Below are positions 58,118-64,000 of a stretch of 64,000 nucleotides of DNA, piece after piece. A program made the translations under genes and the position numbers. This DNA is from Piromyces finnis finn (lineage: Eukaryota > Fungi > Neocallimastigomycota). The notes under the pieces were generated by a model. It saw nothing but the letters and a program-made list of their open reading frames with translations, made no database searches and had not been told where the DNA came from. Location of the stretch: positions 558,001-622,000 of the forward strand of contig MCFH01000023.1 in the NCBI GenBank assembly GCA_002104945.1. Direction: 5' to 3'. Position 1 is the first letter of the stretch. The number at the start of each line of letters is the position of its first letter.

Positions 58118-60204
58118 TTTGATTAATTATTCTTTTATTAATTAAAAATAAAGTAATTTGTATTTATTTGCTTATTTTATTAAATATATTTTTATTTTTA
58201 TTTATTTATTTAAATAAAAAAATTTATTATTAAATTATTAATTTTCCTGTTCTTTTTTTAATAAAGATATTATTTTATTCTTTTGTAAGTTTTAATATGA
58301 CTAAATAATAATTAGTTATATGAAAACTTTTTATATTAAAAAAATTAAGTTAAAGTTATTAGTATTACTGTTTTATTATTTTTGTTTTACGTTTTTTTCT
58401 TGTTTTATATTAATTTATTTTTTTTTATTTGTTGTATTAAAAGAGAAATTTGTAGAAGTAGTTAGCTTATAATTAAAATATTTACTATTTAAACGTGTAA
58501 AATATTTAAAATAAATTATGAAATATTTATTAGTTAAATTGAAATATTAAATTATTAAAATTTTTATTTATCTAATTTATTTTAACTACGACTTTATAAC
58601 ATTTTACTATTAATTATATATGATTTATTATACTCTATTTTTATCTATTTTTGAATTCTTTTTTTTTTTAAAAAAACCGAAAAAAAAAAAAAGAATATTT
58701 ATGTATAAATAAAAACTTATTGATTATATAAATAATATATATTTAACAATAAAAAGTTGATTTAATTTCTTTTTATTATTATTAAAAGCTTTTAGTTTTT
58801 TTTTTATGATATTTAAAATAATTTTATTACTTTATTTTAAAAAAAAATAAAAAAAAGAGAAATAAGAATTCTTTTATTTCTTTTATGAATGAATAATATA
58901 ATTATTACAATTTATTTATTATATATTATTGAATGGAATGAATAATCTTAAAATATTATTTGTTAATATATATTATTATGTGTTTCAATTTATTTCAATA
59001 TATAAATTTAAAATGATATTTTTTAATACTAAATTTTTTAAAAAATTGAAAATTAATTAATAATATATAAAATATATAATAAAAATAAGGATACACTATT
59101 TAATATATTATACATATTACACAAAAAAATATATATTATTATATATTATATATAAAACATTAACCTAAAAAAAAATAAATCGTTATATAGATTATATATA
59201 TAAATTTAATTTAATAGGAGTTCAAATGTTAATATTTTTATAAATTAAATTATATTGGTTGTTCATATTAAAATATATTAATAATATATCTCATAAATAT
59301 AATCATTTTAAATGGATTATGATTGTTACTTTAATCTACTTAAATTCCCATTTGATTAAACCTGTTTTAAATCTAATAAGAAAGTTTATATATTAATAAA
59401 ATGAAAAATTAAGAAATTTAATTAATTGTTATGTTTAAGAATTTATATATTTTAAATTAAAAAAAAAAAGGATAGTATAAATAATATATAACATAGTTAA
59501 TAAATAATATATTATCATAGTATAATAATATTATTTGTCAATAAGTAACTGTCACTCAAAATAACTTTATATAATAATTTATTATTTATAGTTTAATGAA
59601 TGTTGCACAAAATAGATTAATTAATCTAAAGGTAATATCCTATATTGATTTTTTTAAACTATTCATATTAAAAAGTATTATGGGAAGAAAGGATGCATGG
59701 TTGGTAATACAAACCACAACTATCAACACCAAAATAATATACTCCTTTTTTAATTATATATTAATTCATGGTTTATTAATAAATGATAATACTAAAACTA
59801 ATAATGAAAGTAAAAGTAAAATATTATTATTAGAATAGATTATTTACATATTAGAATAAAAGCGTTTATTATAATAAAACTATAGGTTAAATAAATAATA
59901 AACAAAATAACTAGTTATTTAATCATTTCATATTATTATGACATTTGTTTATTAAAGTTTATTAATTATAATTTCATTATATTCTCTGACAAAATGTTTA
60001 CCTATGAAATACTTGTAGTTTCAATTTGAAATCATAAATACCTAATGGTTTAATGGTTTATATTAATCAAAAAACAAAAAATATGATTAAACACAACTTT
60101 TTCATATGAATAATAGAAAATAATAGTAATTCAAGGTGTTTATTGAAGTATTGACATAATAAAAAAATCTTCAAAATTTATTAATAGTAATAAAAAATAA
60201 GTAT

Positions 60205-60211
60205 GAAATTT

Positions 60212-60274
<63 letters not shown>

Positions 60275-60305
60275 TTCATTCATTCATTTATTTATTTATT
60301 TATTT
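60205..60305. repeat. (ATTT)n microsatellite
   Basis: Direct reading. Confidence 0.9.
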
Positions 60306-60566
60306 ACCAACTATCTTAAAATATTTAATGACATTTTTTAAAAAAAGATTGTATTGTGATATATAAAATATATATTATAAATATACTTTTGATATTATAA
60401 AGATTATGCTAATGCATTATTTAATTAATTAACTAATTAATTAATTATACACTATAACTATTTCTTTTTAATATTTTAATTATAATAGAAATGGTAATAG
60501 CAATTATATTAATATCCAAAAAAAAACAAAAAATACTATCATAAAAAAATATCATTATAAGTACCC

Positions 60567-60616
<50 letters not shown>

Positions 60617-62179
60617 AATTAAAAAAGGTAGATATTACTATTATTGATTTTTAAATATATATAAAAAGATTATTAAATCTTTTGATTTAATATCAATTCT
60701 GCAATACTCTTAAAAAACATTTACTAATATAAACAATTTATTAGTCATTTAAACATATTTAGTATTATTAATTAATAATATTAATTTATCTACATTGAAT
60801 AATAATGATAAAAAAAATGAAATTAAGAACTGTTTCAATCTTTGATATTTTTTTTTACTACTATTAATACTGTACCACTATTAATTAGAATAATATCCTC
60901 CACAATTTATCAAATTATGAGAAAGTAAAAAAAAAAGAAGGTATCAATAATAATGACCTTTATAATTTAAATATTAAATAAAATACAAATTCAAAAGTTT
61001 TACTCTTTTAAATTTATCTTATCATATAAATTTTACTAATAAAAGAAATACTTATTAATATTTACTTTGCTTATAATAATATTAAATATAATAATATAAA
61101 TACTATATGAATCTCAGTTTTATATTACACTTTAAAAAAAAAAGGATTTACTATATTTCGGTAAAATTATTATAAAATCTTCTTTTATTTAATATCTTTA
61201 AACCATTTTTATAATAGTATATAATACGTAATATTTTCTACAATTGGCATATGATTGGTTATTTTTTATTTCCTACATGCCTTCTTACAACTTTATATTA
61301 ATATGATGAAATAAAATTGGTTACAATTTAAAACAGCTCTTTTTTTATTAATTTTTATCATTTTATTTAGTTTAATTAAATTTTGTGTTATTATTTCTAA
61401 ATTAAATTCTGTGTAACTCAAATGATTAAAAAAATGCATAAGTAATTGTAATAATATTATAAATAAAAATAAAATTGTGATGCAAATACATAAATAAATA
61501 GAAAATTAACAATTTATGTATTATAGGCATTATATGTTTTTTCTACTGTTGGTTAGTATTTAAATACAAATAATTAATTATTAGGAACATTACAAACACA
61601 TTGTTATTAAATAATCAAATAAATAGTCTTAATCATAAAAAGAACTAATGATTAATGATTGAGATAATTTAAAATGGGCTTTGGTAATAAAACATTATTT
61701 TCCATGATAACTAGATAAAAATTTAGTTCTAATGAATATTTTATTCCTTCTTAAATTTAATTTACATCATATAATATAATATTTTTTATATTAATTTTAA
61801 CTAGGTTTTATACCAGACTCTTTGAAATTTTTGTATTTTTTAAATATCCTTTATTAGAATTTTAAAGGCATCTAATAATAATACATGTTAAAGTTGTAAT
61901 ATTTTAATGTTCTATCCAAACACAAACACTTTTATACTATTAAAGGAAAAAAATTAATAAGGTATATTAGACTATTATGAAATTAAAATCTCATTATTTG
62001 GTCTTATTGATTAAAACAATAATTATTTATTTTAATTATTATTATTTAAATTATTTCAATTATAATACAATTATAGCACAATTAAAAATTTACAATATGC
62101 ATCATACTATATTTTTAACTATAAAATTAATATTATTATATACATATATATTCTCTAATTGACAGTACTTTTAATATAT

Positions 62180-63442
62180 TTATATTACAGATTTTAATTC
62201 TTGAACAAAATTATCCAGCACTTCACCAACAATTTTTTGATCGGATGGAGTACCATATAAATTAACACAAAATGATAAAATTTTATCAAAAGAACAAATA
62301 GACATTTCGAAATTTGGGGCATACTTTGTTGAACCAGTTAATAAAACAGAAGATGCTTCAATATTCTTAAAATGTATTTTTGATTTATCAATAGTACCCA
62401 AATTGGTAATTTCTAATGGATATGGTGAATAAACACTATCTATAATACTTTTACATAATCGATATGGGAATAATTTTTTAATAATCTCAGTGATATATAG
62501 ACCCTTGATACAAAATATATTCTCTTTTTCTCTATTTAAACATTGTGCTACTTTATTCAATGTTTCCTCAAAAGTATCTCCAAGTTCTGAGCCAATATCA
62601 CAATCAATAGTAGTTAGCATATTAGTAAAACCTTTTGTTTGTTTGTTTTGTAAATATTTTCGCATATTAATATCACATAAAATAATAACAGTTCTATTAA
62701 ACTTTTTATAGAATGTTCTCATTAAAGCAGTAAAGAATAAATCATTAAGAGTAACTTGTTTTTCCTTTGAATACACCTTAAGTTTATCAAAATCTTCTTG
62801 GGTTAAAGTTCTTTTTTCCAAAAATAGGCGACTTGGATCACCTTCCAATTCTAAATGAATATTTTCATACTTTGGTTTATCTTTTGAAAATAATATATTA
62901 AAATTTTTTTTTAAAGAAAGGGAACGGTAAAACTGTGCCATACCTCTATCCCCCATTGATGAATAGTCAGTTACGTTTTCTGGATATGAATATAAATCAC
63001 AAAACATGTATAATAAATTTTTAAAATCGGTAGCATCACAAATCATATGATTAATAGATATAAGAAGTGAATCATGATCTTCATACTGAACAATAACAAA
63101 TCGAATTTGAGGTCCATTGTCATAATCTATATTTTTTTTAAAGTTTTCCATTATAATTTCATCTTCTTTTCCTTTTTTACCTTCAATAACAAAAATAAAA
63201 TCTTCTATTGGAAATTCATAAAATATCCATTTTGAAGTAAATATATTTTCAGAAGCTTTGCATGAAATTAATGGGAACAAGTTAATGGTTAATTGTACTG
63301 TTTTTTTAAATTGTTCTATATCAATTTTTCCTTTTAATTTTATGATAAATCTCATTATGCTATTAGAGTATTTTCTATCAATGAAAATACGTTGTAGCAT
63401 ATCAAATGACTCAAACTTGAAAATTTTGTTTTTATTTCCCAT
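62180..63442 (-). CDS. Standalone condensation-domain / CoA-dependent acyltransferase-fold protein (HxxxD family), intronless
   Basis: 420 aa; FIIKLKGKIDIEQFKKTV..FPL, SINHMICDATDF (HHxxxDG-like), VTLNDLFFTAL, DINMRKYL, EITNLG. Confidence 0.8.
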   Translation of the reverse strand: MGNKNKIFKFESFDMLQRIFIDRKYSNSIMRFIIKLKGKIDIEQFKKTVQLTINLFPLISCKASENIFTSKWIFYEFPIEDFIFVIEGKKGKEDEIIMENFKKNIDYDNGPQIRFVIVQYEDHDSLLISINHMICDATDFKNLLYMFCDLYSYPENVTDYSSMGDRGMAQFYRSLSLKKNFNILFSKDKPKYENIHLELEGDPSRLFLEKRTLTQEDFDKLKVYSKEKQVTLNDLFFTALMRTFYKKFNRTVIILCDINMRKYLQNKQTKGFTNMLTTIDCDIGSELGDTFEETLNKVAQCLNREKENIFCIKGLYITEIIKKLFPYRLCKSIIDSVYSPYPLEITNLGTIDKSKIHFKNIEASSVLLTGSTKYAPNFEMSICSFDKILSFCVNLYGTPSDQKIVGEVLDNFVQELKSVI

Positions 63443-63590
63443 TTTTCACAAATTTAACAATTATAATAGTTTAATTTGTTAAGAAAAATATTTATTTTAT
63501 TTAAAATACATAAATAATTTTTTTTTTATTATTTTTCTTATTAAATAAACTCATTAATTTTATTTGATATTTCAACCTATCATAAAATAC

Positions 63591-63592
<2 letters not shown>

Positions 63593-63627
<35 letters not shown>

Positions 63628-64000
63628 CTTCCATATATCCTCATCTAACCCCCCTGAGTTATATATGGTATGTGATTGTACATTATTGTACATTGCCATA
63701 TCAGAACGACGTCGGCACAATCATCCCTCTGGGCAGGGCTAATATGGAATGGCTTATTGCTCTTAACGATCCTATCACACAAAGACCGAGCTACCAACAC
63801 CAGTGATCTCCTGAACCTTTATTGGCGAAGGATGATTAACGATGAGAACAACCCTCAAAGACCATAGTTAGTAATCTGTGAATTAATTGATACCCCTTCC
63901 TACATATACTCTAAACTTCAGTGGGAAAACCGCTTGATACGGAGAAAACTACCAATCTGAATTAACTGCTTAGGGTAGAGTCCGGTGGTATAGTTATACT
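63593..64000 (-). mobile_element. Probable 3' end of a poly(A)-tailed (non-LTR) retroelement, truncated by the window edge
   Basis: T32 tract (63593-63624) directly abuts an abrupt switch to much higher GC that continues to the window end. On the minus strand a frame ends ..IGSFLRIKRFSH* about 300 nt before the A tail. Confidence 0.5.

Overview
A 64 kb stretch of extremely AT-rich, intron-rich eukaryotic DNA with long (AAT)n and (TAAA)n microsatellites. It is most consistent with an anaerobic gut fungus (Neocallimastigomycota); this is inferred from composition and gene families, not from a search. Genes in order: DCP2 (+), glucosidase II alpha (+), then on the minus strand an orphan ORF, a Myb/SANT+MPN/JAMM deubiquitinase, two tandem class C-like 7TM receptors with beta-helix/EGF ectodomains, an intronless ankyrin protein, three tandem ketopantoate-reductase-like (ApbA/PanE N-terminus) paralogs, three identical U2 snRNA genes in a 923-bp tandem array, an Asn-rich single-pass membrane protein, a MITE-like element, a long low-complexity ORF, a 77-aa-repeat coiled-coil protein, an intronless condensation/acyltransferase-fold gene, and a probable retroelement 3' end at the right edge. 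The strongest observations are a minor-spliceosome (U12-type) AT-AC intron in DCP2 at 2084-2162, the U2 snRNA array with footprinted promoter motifs, and a 208-bp gene-conversion tract plus an intron presence/absence difference among the reductase paralogs. Exon boundaries were traced by hand, and no database searches were run.
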